Shown: positions 15,708 to 23,746, counted from the stretch's first letter. The stretch: 32,000 bases of DNA from Candidatus Calditenuis fumarioli (GCA_030059665.1 JANVYR010000001.1:125501-157500); one strand, 5' to 3'. The notes: generated by a model from the letters alone, not told the origin. Made by a program: numbers and translations.

Positions 15708-17594
15708 ATGGAGGGCCCTGTGATACGGAGGCTGATCCGAGAGGCGAGCGAGGCCCTCGAGGCCGCCGGCCTGAAGGACCCGAAGGTGACGCTGACGAAG
15801 TCAGTGAAGTTCGGACTCCTCACGTCCACTTCGTCCTTCGAGGAGGCCCGCAGGACAGGCGTGGATCCCATGGAGAGGGCGAGGTCGGTCCTGGGGCAGC
15901 TCAGGCTTCCGGAGGGCTCGCTGCTCGAGAAGGTCGAGGCCGCACCTCCAGGTTACATCAACTTCCATCCCAGCTGGGGCGAGCTGGCCCGCGCGGTGGT
16001 GAGCGAGGTCCTCGCAGCTCCGGACGCTTACTTCAGGGTTGAGGACGGACCGAGGGAGGTCGTGGTCGAGCACACGAGCGTCAACCCCAACAAGGCGCTC
16101 CACATAGGCCACGCGAGGAACGTCTGCATCGGCGACACGATAGCCCGGGTGATGAGGAAGGCCGGTGCGAGGGTTCTGGTGATCAACTACGTCGACGACA
16201 GCGGCGTCCAGATGGCGGAGCTCCTCCTCGGCTTCCGGCTCCTCGGTTACCCGCTCGAGCCGAGGGAGGGGATGAGGTTCGACGAGTACTGCGGCGACGT
16301 CGTCTACGTCGAGGTCAACAGGAGGGCTGAGGCGGATCCGGAGGTCGAGAGGCAGAGGAGGGAGATAGCGAGGAGGATCGAGCAGAGGGGGACCGAAGAG
16401 TTCGAGCAGGCCAGGAGGGTGGCGCTGATGGTCCTCAGGGACCAGCTCAAGACGACCTCGAGGCTCGGTGCGACGTACGACCTGCTGGTCAGGGAGAGCG
16501 ACGTGGTGGTCACGGGCCTCTGGGCCGAGGCCTTCCGGAGGATGAAGGAGGCCGGACTGGTCAGGTTCGTTGAGGAGGGCCCCAAGAAGGGTTGCTGGGT
16601 CGTGGACCTCTCCGGACACCCGGTCCTCTCGAAGGAGGGAGACGAGGTCTTGGTCAAGAGCGACGGCGCAACCACCTACGTCGCGAGGGACATAGCGTTC
16701 GCGATGTGGAAGATGGGCGCGTCGGAGACGAGGCTCCTCTTCAGGCGCATCGAGCTCGACGGCCAGACCGTCACGATGTCCGACGTCGAGGGCGAGGACC
16801 TCGGGCCCTTCAGATCCGATCTGGTGGTGACGGTGGTGGACTCGAGGCAGAGGAGGCCGCAGGAGGTGGTCAGGTACGCGCTGGAGAGGATGGGCGTCAA
16901 GGGCAGGTACGTCCACTACTCGTACGAGCCGGTTGCCCTCAGCAGGAGGTCGGCGGAGCTCCTGGGAGTGAAAGCCGAGGGCGAGGTGGTCCACATGAGC
17001 GGCCGGAGGGGACTGTACTTCAAGGCGGAGGAGGTGTTAGACAAGCTGAAGGAGGTCGCGGCCCGCGAGACAAGGGCCAGGAGGCCCGATTGGAGCGAGG
17101 AGAAGGTGAGGGAGGTGGCCGAGGCGCTCGCGGTGGGAGCGTTCAGGTACGGCATGCTGCGGATCGAGAGCGACCGTCAGATCGTCTTCGATCTGGAGGA
17201 GTCGCTCCGCCTCGAGGGAGACACCGGACCATACCTCCAGTACTCGGTCGTGAGGGCGAGGAAGATCCTGCAGAAGGCCAGGGAAGCGGGAATCGGACAG
17301 ATCGCCCCCGATCGCTCACCACCGGCCGAGCTGAGCGAGCACGAGCTGCAGCTGGTCAGGGAGCTCGCGGTGACGCCGCTGGTGATGGAGGAGGTGGTCA
17401 GGACGCTCTACATCAGGTCGCTCGTGACCCACGCGAGGAACCTCGCCATGCGCTTCAACGAGTTCTACGAGCGGTGCCCGGTCATCGGCAGCGGCGAGTG
17501 GGAGGGTTTCAGGCTCTCGCTGGTCGGCGCTTACGATCGGATCGAGTCGAGGCTGCTGGAGCTCCTCGGCATACCGGTGCTCGACGAGATCTGA
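15708..17594 (+). CDS. argS: Arginine--tRNA ligase (arginyl-tRNA synthetase).
   Basis: The class I HIGH motif is NPNKALHIGHARN. The add-1 N-terminal domain (...PPGYINFHP) and a DALR-type anticodon-binding C-terminus are present. ATG 15708 gives a normal length of about 629 aa. Confidence 0.95.
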   Translation: MEGPVIRRLIREASEALEAAGLKDPKVTLTKSVKFGLLTSTSSFEEARRTGVDPMERARSVLGQLRLPEGSLLEKVEAAPPGYINFHPSWGELARAVVSEVLAAPDAYFRVEDGPREVVVEHTSVNPNKALHIGHARNVCIGDTIARVMRKAGARVLVINYVDDSGVQMAELLLGFRLLGYPLEPREGMRFDEYCGDVVYVEVNRRAEADPEVERQRREIARRIEQRGTEEFEQARRVALMVLRDQLKTTSRLGATYDLLVRESDVVVTGLWAEAFRRMKEAGLVRFVEEGPKKGCWVVDLSGHPVLSKEGDEVLVKSDGATTYVARDIAFAMWKMGASETRLLFRRIELDGQTVTMSDVEGEDLGPFRSDLVVTVVDSRQRRPQEVVRYALERMGVKGRYVHYSYEPVALSRRSAELLGVKAEGEVVHMSGRRGLYFKAEEVLDKLKEVAARETRARRPDWSEEKVREVAEALAVGAFRYGMLRIESDRQIVFDLEESLRLEGDTGPYLQYSVVRARKILQKAREAGIGQIAPDRSPPAELSEHELQLVRELAVTPLVMEEVVRTLYIRSLVTHARNLAMRFNEFYERCPVIGSGEWEGFRLSLVGAYDRIESRLLELLGIPVLDEI

Positions 17595-17775
17595 GACCGG
17601 CGGAGGCCGCGTGCAAACCAAAATAGGACCGCAGAAGACGTCAGGGTGCGGATGAAGAGACCGACCTGCAACGACGGGTCTCCCGGATGAGATGCATGCC
17701 TCCTCTCTGACGACGCGTTGGCCAGTAGCTCCCGATCCTCCGCAGTCGAGGTTCCGGCTTTTGGGGTTCCGCGCG

Positions 17776-18678
17776 TCAGCTCCTCGGAAGCCTCCTGTAG
17801 GAGCCCTCCGGAGCCAGATCTCGCACCGCCTCGGGGTGTATCATCTCCGCAAGGGCCTCCACGCCCTCCACGATAGACGGGCCGTGGCCGCTGAACCTGG
17901 CCTTGGCGTCGACCGCGTAGATCGTTCCCGTCGAGAAAGCGGGCGTGGACCTCACCCAACCGGATTCGAGGAGCTGTAGCGCATCGCGGTAGGAGCGCTC
18001 AAGCCTGAACCCGCACGGCCCCACCACGATGACCTCGGGACCGTACGCCGCCGCGTCCTCCCCGCGGATCCTCTTGGAGGGCCTTCCGGGATCTCCGAAG
18101 TCGACGCCGCCGGCGACCTCGATCATGTCCGGAACCCAGTGACCCGAGCAGAAAGGCGGATCCACCCATTCCAGGAAGAGCGTCCTCCTTCTCCGGAGAC
18201 CGCTCACCAGCTCCCTGACGTTTTGGAGCCTCAGCTCGACCCTCTCCACCAGCTCCCTGGCCTCCCGAAGCCTTCCGGTGACCTCACCCAGCCGGAGGTA
18301 CTCCTTCAGCACGTCCTCAAGCCTCTCCGGCCCGACCTCAACGACCCTCGCGATGGCGTGCAACCTATCGCCGAGCGCGTCCGGTGTCACCGCGCAGACG
18401 TTGCAGAGCCTCTGGACCACTATGAGGTCAGGGTTGAGCTGCTCGATCAGACGGAGGTCGACCTCGTAGGGGTTCTCTCCGCGCTCCGAGAAGGACCTGA
18501 CGGCCGCGTCGATCTCCGCCTCGGTCATCGAGTCCGGATCGATCTTCGACCTCACCACGACGGCCCTTCTCCCCGGCTCCGGATCAGGGCAGGCGTAGGT
18601 GATGCCCACGACCTCGTCCTCGAGCCCCAGTGCGTAGAGCGTCTCCGTGGCGCTCGGCACGAGCGAGACGATCCTCAC
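17776..18678 (-). CDS. BtuF/FhuD-like (class III periplasmic-binding-protein fold) protein without a signal peptide.
   Basis: MRIVSLVPSATETLYALGLEDEVVGIT...NPDLIVV is the hallmark N-terminus of cobalamin/siderophore-binding proteins. There is no signal peptide or lipobox. The start is GTG at 18678. Confidence 0.7.
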   Translation of the reverse strand: MRIVSLVPSATETLYALGLEDEVVGITYACPDPEPGRRAVVVRSKIDPDSMTEAEIDAAVRSFSERGENPYEVDLRLIEQLNPDLIVVQRLCNVCAVTPDALGDRLHAIARVVEVGPERLEDVLKEYLRLGEVTGRLREARELVERVELRLQNVRELVSGLRRRRTLFLEWVDPPFCSGHWVPDMIEVAGGVDFGDPGRPSKRIRGEDAAAYGPEVIVVGPCGFRLERSYRDALQLLESGWVRSTPAFSTGTIYAVDAKARFSGHGPSIVEGVEALAEMIHPEAVRDLAPEGSYRRLPRS

Positions 18679-18699
18679 GGCACTTGGAAATCTCTGCGC

Positions 18700-18707
18700 G
18701 GATATCT
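18700..18707 (-). promoter_or_regulatory. TATA-like element GGATATCT (palindromic GATATC core) upstream of the BtuF-like gene.
   Basis: The core lies about 25 nt upstream of GTG 18678. Confidence 0.3.
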
Positions 18708-18809
18708 CGTTATCGGAGCGACGCGCTCCTCAGGGTATTAGTCCAATGATTGAGAGGACCGATTTCGGGTTAAGAGCGCTCGAACTCATGGTAGGGGTTG
18801 AAGGGTGAA

Positions 18810-18817
18810 GGATATCT
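18810..18817 (+). promoter_or_regulatory. TATA-like element GGATATCT upstream of the thioredoxin gene.
   Basis: The core lies about 30 nt upstream of ATG 18843. The octamer is identical to the one at 18700-18707. Confidence 0.3.
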
Positions 18818-18842
18818 ACCACGAGCAAGAATTGGTCCGGGC

Positions 18843-19271
18843 ATGAGCGGGTTGGACGACTCGGAGCTGGAGCGGATCAAAATGCGGAAGCTGATGGAGA
18901 TGATGAGGGAGACCTCTCAGCCGAAGAGCCAGCCGGAAAAGCCGGTTCTCGACCACCCGGTTGACCTGACCGACGCAGACTTCGACGAGTTCGTGAGGTC
19001 CCACGACCTGGTGGTGGTAGACTTCTGGGCCGACTGGTGCATGCCCTGCAGGTTCATGGCGCCGGTGGTCAAGGAGCTGGCCAAGGAGATGGCGGGCAAG
19101 GTAGCCTTCGGGAAGCTGAACGTCGACGAGAACCCGAGGACCGCGGCCAGGTTCGGGATAATGAGCATACCGACTTTCCTGGTCTTCAGGAACGGCAAAC
19201 TGGTGGACGCCCTGGTCGGCGCGATGCCGAAGCAGAGGTTCAAGGCGGCCATCGAGCGCTACCTAAGCTGA
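18843..19271 (+). CDS. Thioredoxin with a WCMPC active site and an N-terminal extension of about 40 aa.
   Basis: VVVDFWADWCMPCRFMAPVVKELA...GIMSIPTFLVFRNGK is a classic thioredoxin fold signature. I prefer ATG 18843 to the listed TTG 18798. Confidence 0.85.
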   Translation: MSGLDDSELERIKMRKLMEMMRETSQPKSQPEKPVLDHPVDLTDADFDEFVRSHDLVVVDFWADWCMPCRFMAPVVKELAKEMAGKVAFGKLNVDENPRTAARFGIMSIPTFLVFRNGKLVDALVGAMPKQRFKAAIERYLS

Positions 19272-19273
19272 GC

Positions 19274-19768
19274 TCACACGCCGAGGTAAAGGTCGGGCTC
19301 CTTTATCCCCACCGAGTGGAAGACCTCTGCCTCAACCCTTCCCATACCCTCACCGCCGCGCATCCTGAGCTCGTTGTACCTCCGGTAGAAGGCCGCCCTG
19401 ACCTCCTCCACATATGAGAAGAGCTCGTTCATGTCCCTGTACTGGCCCCTCATGGTCCTGTACCTTATGCCGTCCCGTTCGACCTCCGCGAAGAGGGCGG
19501 TGATGGTTCCCGGAGCCTTCTCGTACCCCTTCTTCTTACCCCGGCCTGAACCCCTCGCGACGGCCTCGACCAGCACCGAGACGCGCCTCGCGCCCTGTCC
19601 CGACCCGAGCTGCATGTCCAGCGCGAACCCGCACCTTCCGAACCTCGCGTAGATCCTCTTCTCCATCGGGTAGTGCCTCAGCGTCGCAAGCCCCGTGAGC
19701 CCCTCGTCCTCCAGGTACTTCAGTATCTCACGGACTATCCTCGAACCAGCCCGTTGCACGTCCTCCAC
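19274..19768 (-). CDS. Hypothetical protein with no recognisable family.
   Basis: The ORF is 164 aa with genome-typical codon usage (AGG, GAG, CTC). A strong TATA box lies just upstream. The real start may be GTG 19759, which would be leaderless. Confidence 0.5.
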   Translation of the reverse strand: MEDVQRAGSRIVREILKYLEDEGLTGLATLRHYPMEKRIYARFGRCGFALDMQLGSGQGARRVSVLVEAVARGSGRGKKKGYEKAPGTITALFAEVERDGIRYRTMRGQYRDMNELFSYVEEVRAAFYRRYNELRMRGGEGMGRVEAEVFHSVGIKEPDLYLGV

Positions 19769-19783
19769 CGATTGCCTTCCTCA

Positions 19784-19790
19784 TTTATAT
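19784..19790 (-). promoter_or_regulatory. TATA box (ATATAAA on the minus strand) for the 19274..19768 gene.
   Basis: It is the best consensus-like TATA in the window. It lies 16-22 nt upstream of GTG 19768 and 25-31 nt upstream of GTG 19759. Confidence 0.45.
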
Positions 19791-19812
19791 GTTTGGTAAG
19801 TCGATCGGCTAT

Positions 19813-20796
19813 TCACGAACGCTTGCCGGATAGGGCGTGGAGGGCGGAGAGGACCGTCATGATCTGGACCTCGGGCGTGGCTCCTTGGGAGATGCGGTAG
19901 TCGACCTCGCCGAGCAGGCTGAAGAGTTTGGCCTTCTCCGTCTCGGGTATCGAGAGGTAGAAGAGCTCGCTGTACATGCTCGAGACGATCTCGCGCTCGG
20001 AGACGCCGTCGACGTACAGCGCCTGCCAGAGGAGCTTCCTCGCCTCCGTCAGGTTCCCGGAGAGGGCGAGCTCCATCATCCGCCTGGCCTCTATCCCAGC
20101 CGCGAGGCCCGCAACCCGGTAGAGCAGGTCCACGGTTATCCTCTTGGAGTAGACGGATGCCGTCTGGAGGAGGTTCAGGACCTTCCTCAGGTCGCCCTCC
20201 GAGATCCTGTAGAGCTCCTTCACCACCTGTTCGTCCACCTCGAGCCCCTCGTTCCGCGCTACACGCTCCACCATCTGACGTACCCCGTCCTCCTCTATCG
20301 GCTTGAACCTGAACACAGCGCAGCGCGACTGTATCGGCTCGATGATCCGGTTGAAGTAGTTGGCTGCCAGGATGAACCTGCACGTGGTCGAGAACTGCTC
20401 CATCACCCTCCTGAAGGCGTGCTGGGCCTCTGCGGTCAGCATGTCCGACTCGTCCAAGAGCAGTATCTTGAAGCCGGGGCCTGCCATGGGGATCGTCCTG
20501 GCGAAGTTCTTCACCTTCTCCCTGATCACGTCTATCCCCCTCTCGTCGCTGGCGTTGATCTCGAGGAAGTGGCCGTCCTCGATGTAGCGCTCGCCGTAGA
20601 GGTCCCTCGCGAAGGCATGGGCGGTCGCTGTCTTGCCCACACCGGGTGGACCCGTGAAGAGCATGTGGGGGATGTTGCCGGTGCGGATCGCGTTGGTCAG
20701 CGCCGTCACGATCGCCTCCTGGTTGATCACCTCCTTCAGCGTCTTGGGCCTGTACTTCTCAATCCACGGTATGGCCTCGGTCAACCCATTGAGCAC
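19813..20796 (-). CDS. rfcS: Replication factor C small subunit (clamp loader).
   Basis: PWIEKYRPKTL is present. Walker A is GPPGVGKT, Walker B is LLLDESD, and the SRC motif is QSRCAVFRF. The product is 327 aa with no intein. Confidence 0.95.
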   Translation of the reverse strand: MLNGLTEAIPWIEKYRPKTLKEVINQEAIVTALTNAIRTGNIPHMLFTGPPGVGKTATAHAFARDLYGERYIEDGHFLEINASDERGIDVIREKVKNFARTIPMAGPGFKILLLDESDMLTAEAQHAFRRVMEQFSTTCRFILAANYFNRIIEPIQSRCAVFRFKPIEEDGVRQMVERVARNEGLEVDEQVVKELYRISEGDLRKVLNLLQTASVYSKRITVDLLYRVAGLAAGIEARRMMELALSGNLTEARKLLWQALYVDGVSEREIVSSMYSELFYLSIPETEKAKLFSLLGEVDYRISQGATPEVQIMTVLSALHALSGKRS

Positions 20797-20883
20797 CTGA
20801 GGAAGACGCTAAAAACGCTTCACAGTAAGCCCGGCACAAATGTCACAAAAATGGAGAGGGTTCGACTCCGTTTAAGTCTGGGG

Positions 20884-21483
20884 TCAGATGTTCCTGCTCG
20901 CCTCTGAGGTGGCTGACCTCAGCGCCTCCGGCACGTCGGGGAAGGCGGTCTTCATCCTCTGGGCTGCGATCTCCGCGGCCTCCTGGAGGATCTTCTGGGC
21001 CTCCGGGTCCGAGACGGTCACCGTCGTGGTGGTGCCGGTCACGCTTCCCACCTCGGCGATCAGGTTCTCGAGGACCTCGTCGACGTACTTCAGGTTCTGG
21101 GCCACCTCCGGGACCACGCCGGAGAGGTCGGACTGGACCTGCCGGATGATCGCGGCCGCCGGGCCGAGGACGTGCATCACGTCGCCGAACTCCTTGACGG
21201 TCTCCAGCCTCAGGATCACCTTCTCCAGCGACAGCTGGCTCCGCATCACAACCCTCGTCATCTTCCTCAGCTGCGCTATCTCGTTGGCGTAGACCGTCGC
21301 CCTGCTGACGTCGCCCTCCTGCTGGGCCCTGACGCACTGCTCGAAGAGCTCCTTACCCCGTGCGGAGAGCCTGGCCGCGGTCCGGTTCAGCTTGTCGGCC
21401 TGAAGCCGGAGCGTCATCATCACCTCTGTGAACCTGGCGTCGTTGGGTCCGATCAGCTCCTGCCTGCCGAACGGAAGTCTCAT
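20884..21483 (-). CDS. ESCRT-III / Snf7-family protein (short CdvB-like paralogue).
   Basis: The product is 199 aa and all-helical. The pattern ...LQADKLNRTAARLSARGKELFEQCV...YANEIAQLRKM...LEKVILRLETVKEFGDV...PEV...ILQEAAEIAAQRM...FPDVP matches my memory of archaeal CdvB-class ESCRT-III proteins. There is no C-terminal winged helix. Confidence 0.7.
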   Translation of the reverse strand: MRLPFGRQELIGPNDARFTEVMMTLRLQADKLNRTAARLSARGKELFEQCVRAQQEGDVSRATVYANEIAQLRKMTRVVMRSQLSLEKVILRLETVKEFGDVMHVLGPAAAIIRQVQSDLSGVVPEVAQNLKYVDEVLENLIAEVGSVTGTTTTVTVSDPEAQKILQEAAEIAAQRMKTAFPDVPEALRSATSEASRNI

Positions 21484-21569
21484 CTCGGCAGGTTAGGGAC
21501 CGCTGTGCGAATTTAGCTGCTCGCGCCCTTTCGGAGCCGATACATTCGCCGTGAATACTCCGATAATCC

Positions 21570-22325
21570 TCAGGACCTCTCCGGAGGGCTCCTGGTTGAG
21601 AGCTCGTCCGCGAGGTGCGCTGCGAGGACCGGTAGGTGTTCCGGAGCCAGCTCCCTCACCCTCAGGCCCTCGAGCTCCGGGGGGCATGATAGGCCCAGCT
21701 CCTTGAGAGCCCTCGCGAGTTTCTTCCTCCTGAGCGTGAACAGTCTCCGCAGGACGTCAACGAGCGACTCAGGCGGGGTCATCGGGTCCTCCCTCCTCCT
21801 GAGCACCACCACCCTCGAGGTCACCTTGGGCCTCGGCGAGAAGGCGGACCTTCCCACCTTGAACTGGGGCTCGACGCGGTAACAGGACCTGATGAGTAGG
21901 CTCGTGAGCACGTACCTGTCTTCTCCTGGCTCGGCTGTCAGCTTCTCCGCGAACTCCTCCTGGAGCAGGAGGACCGCCAGCTCGGGCCTCGCCCTGAGGG
22001 AGAGCCACCTGAGGAGACGGGTCGAGATGTAGTACGGCGGGGAGGAGACGACCTTGTTGAAAGGTGGCAGATCCAAGCTCAACGCGTCGCCGTTCAAGAC
22101 CGTCACGTTGGGATACTCCCTGAGGGCCTCCCGCGCTCTCCTCGCGAGGAACGGATCCAGCTCGACCGTCACCACCCTGCAGCCTGTCGAGGCGATGAAC
22201 CTTGTCAGGAAGCCGTCGCCGGTGCCGACCTCGAGGACCACGTCATTACCTCCCAGCTCCGCAAGCTCGACCATCATCTCGGCGACGCGCTCGTCCCTCA
22301 GGAAGTGCTGCCCGAGCCGGGCCAT
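21570..22325 (-). CDS. ksgA: 16S rRNA (adenine1518/1519-N6)-dimethyltransferase KsgA/Dim1.
   Basis: The N-terminus is LGQHFL. SAM motif I is VLEVGTGDGFLT and motif IV is VVSSPPYYIS. The length is about 250 aa. Confidence 0.9.
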   Translation of the reverse strand: MARLGQHFLRDERVAEMMVELAELGGNDVVLEVGTGDGFLTRFIASTGCRVVTVELDPFLARRAREALREYPNVTVLNGDALSLDLPPFNKVVSSPPYYISTRLLRWLSLRARPELAVLLLQEEFAEKLTAEPGEDRYVLTSLLIRSCYRVEPQFKVGRSAFSPRPKVTSRVVVLRRREDPMTPPESLVDVLRRLFTLRRKKLARALKELGLSCPPELEGLRVRELAPEHLPVLAAHLADELSTRSPPERS

Positions 22326-22417
22326 CGGCCCGATAGCTGATCGGGATCGCCGCGTGAAAGGTCTTTGCAGGGGTTCGACGGTAGGCGTTATCAGGGGCGT
22401 CGGGTCCGTTAGTCCGC

Positions 22418-23746
22418 ATGACCTTCGCCGTTCCCGGAAGGGTCCTGGGGATATCCGGAAGGACCCTCTTCTGCCTCCACGGATATGCGCCGCACTACGC
22501 AGAGGACGTCATCGACCCAGTATCGGGCGAGAGGGTGCTGGTGATGGCCGATCCGCACATCAGGAGGTCCGCGTACGTCTATTCGCTCGAGACCGGCAGG
22601 TTCCTGTGGGAGTTCAGGGTTCCAGGAGGGGCCATCAGCTCCAACCCCCACATAGCCCGTATGGTCACGGAGGAGGTGCGATCAATAGGTGCGGAGCCAG
22701 GTGACGTTATCTGCGCCGACCTGGACAACAACTTCCTGCTCGTCGATCGTAAGACGAGGCGCGTCAAGTGGAGCTACAGGCCCCCCGACGCGAGGTGGTC
22801 CCACGACTGCATCCCCCTCGAGGGCGGGGACCTCGTGATCACCGACTACGCATCCGGTTTCGTCAGGAGGATAGGGCCCGACGGAACTTTGCGGTGGAAC
22901 CTTCAGCTGGGACCTGGGGTAGCCAAGCTTTCAAAGGTCGAGGGGAAGACTCCGAGCGGAATCCACCGGAACGACTTCGGCGGCGACCTCCTCGTGGCAG
23001 TCAACAGGAGCACCTATGGCGTCTACGAGGTCGACTCCGGGAGCGGTCGCATCACGTGGAGGTGTCCGCCGGAAAGGGATGAACGTGGACTGAAGAACGC
23101 CTTCTGGACGCTGAAGCCCCACTCGGCGTTGAGGATGGGCCTCGCGGAGCTCGACGGCAACCTGACCGTCATCGGCCTCGAGGCGGGCGGAGGGGTGGTC
23201 GCGGTGGACAGGGACTGCAGGCCGAGGTGGGGGTGGATGAAGCCGCTCTCGGCGATTACGGACCCGTTGCGTGGTAGGTGGGAGATCTACAGACCGACCG
23301 CGCTGGGCCTCTTCGAGACGACCCACGTCTTCGCAACGCTCGACGGCAAGATCGGTTTGATCGACTGGGGATCGAGGTACGCGTCGAGGGTCCTGGAGCT
23401 GGACAGCATACCCACCTCGAACCTCTACTGGCTTCTGGCCTACAGGAGGATGGCGCTCGAGGAGCCGGAGTTCCTGGATCCGCCCGTGGAGACGGCGGAG
23501 TGGAGGGCGGTCCGGTTCACCGCGTTCAACCACGGAGGTTCCACCCTCGTCCTCGAGTTCCTCGTCACGCCAAGCCCCTACGTCGACTGCACCGACGGAT
23601 CGATGTGGAGGAAGTTCCTGGAGCTCAGGGTAGACCCGGGAGGTTCGGAGGAGGTGGAGCTCTCTGGGCACGCGGCCTGCAGGGTCTCCGCCAGATCCGC
23701 CGGAGGGGAGACGGAGTACTCGGTTTTCGTGACGATGATGGTTTAG
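22418..23746 (+). CDS. Hypothetical cytoplasmic beta-propeller-like protein with a C-terminal beta-sandwich-like region.
   Basis: There are repeated modules of about 45 aa ending in Trp-containing strands (RFLWEFR, RVKWSYR, TLRWNLQ, RITWRCP, RPRWGW). This is reminiscent of PQQ/ASST-like propellers. There is no signal peptide. The family is uncertain. Confidence 0.55.
   Translation: MTFAVPGRVLGISGRTLFCLHGYAPHYAEDVIDPVSGERVLVMADPHIRRSAYVYSLETGRFLWEFRVPGGAISSNPHIARMVTEEVRSIGAEPGDVICADLDNNFLLVDRKTRRVKWSYRPPDARWSHDCIPLEGGDLVITDYASGFVRRIGPDGTLRWNLQLGPGVAKLSKVEGKTPSGIHRNDFGGDLLVAVNRSTYGVYEVDSGSGRITWRCPPERDERGLKNAFWTLKPHSALRMGLAELDGNLTVIGLEAGGGVVAVDRDCRPRWGWMKPLSAITDPLRGRWEIYRPTALGLFETTHVFATLDGKIGLIDWGSRYASRVLELDSIPTSNLYWLLAYRRMALEEPEFLDPPVETAEWRAVRFTAFNHGGSTLVLEFLVTPSPYVDCTDGSMWRKFLELRVDPGGSEEVELSGHAACRVSARSAGGETEYSVFVTMMV

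Noticed and set aside
17651-17689. A 12-codon ORF (MKRPTCNDGSPG) in the argS downstream spacer.
   Set aside because: It is too short, has no SD or TATA context and has no distinctive features. It overlaps the hairpin described in the sRNA candidate finding.
20851-20875. GGGTTCGACTCCG, which resembles a tRNA T-arm/T-loop, in the rfcS/ESCRT-III spacer. I considered a possible tRNA or a tRNA-derived att remnant.
   Set aside because: The flanks do not close a T-stem: GAGGG is followed after the loop by CCGTT. No acceptor, D or anticodon arms can be drawn on either strand. A similar GGTTCGAC string at about 22370 suggests chance.
19837-20907. A 356-aa plus-strand ORF antisense to rfcS. Similar long shadow ORFs occur at 15801..16994, 16592..17626, 14320..15507, 11110..12162, 13898..14755, 4540..5424 and 3633..4445.
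   Set aside because: All of them overlap CDS that carry unambiguous family motifs. They have R/P/G/H-rich low-complexity translations and do not show the AGG/GAG/CTC codon pattern of the real genes. I treat them as GC-driven shadow ORFs.
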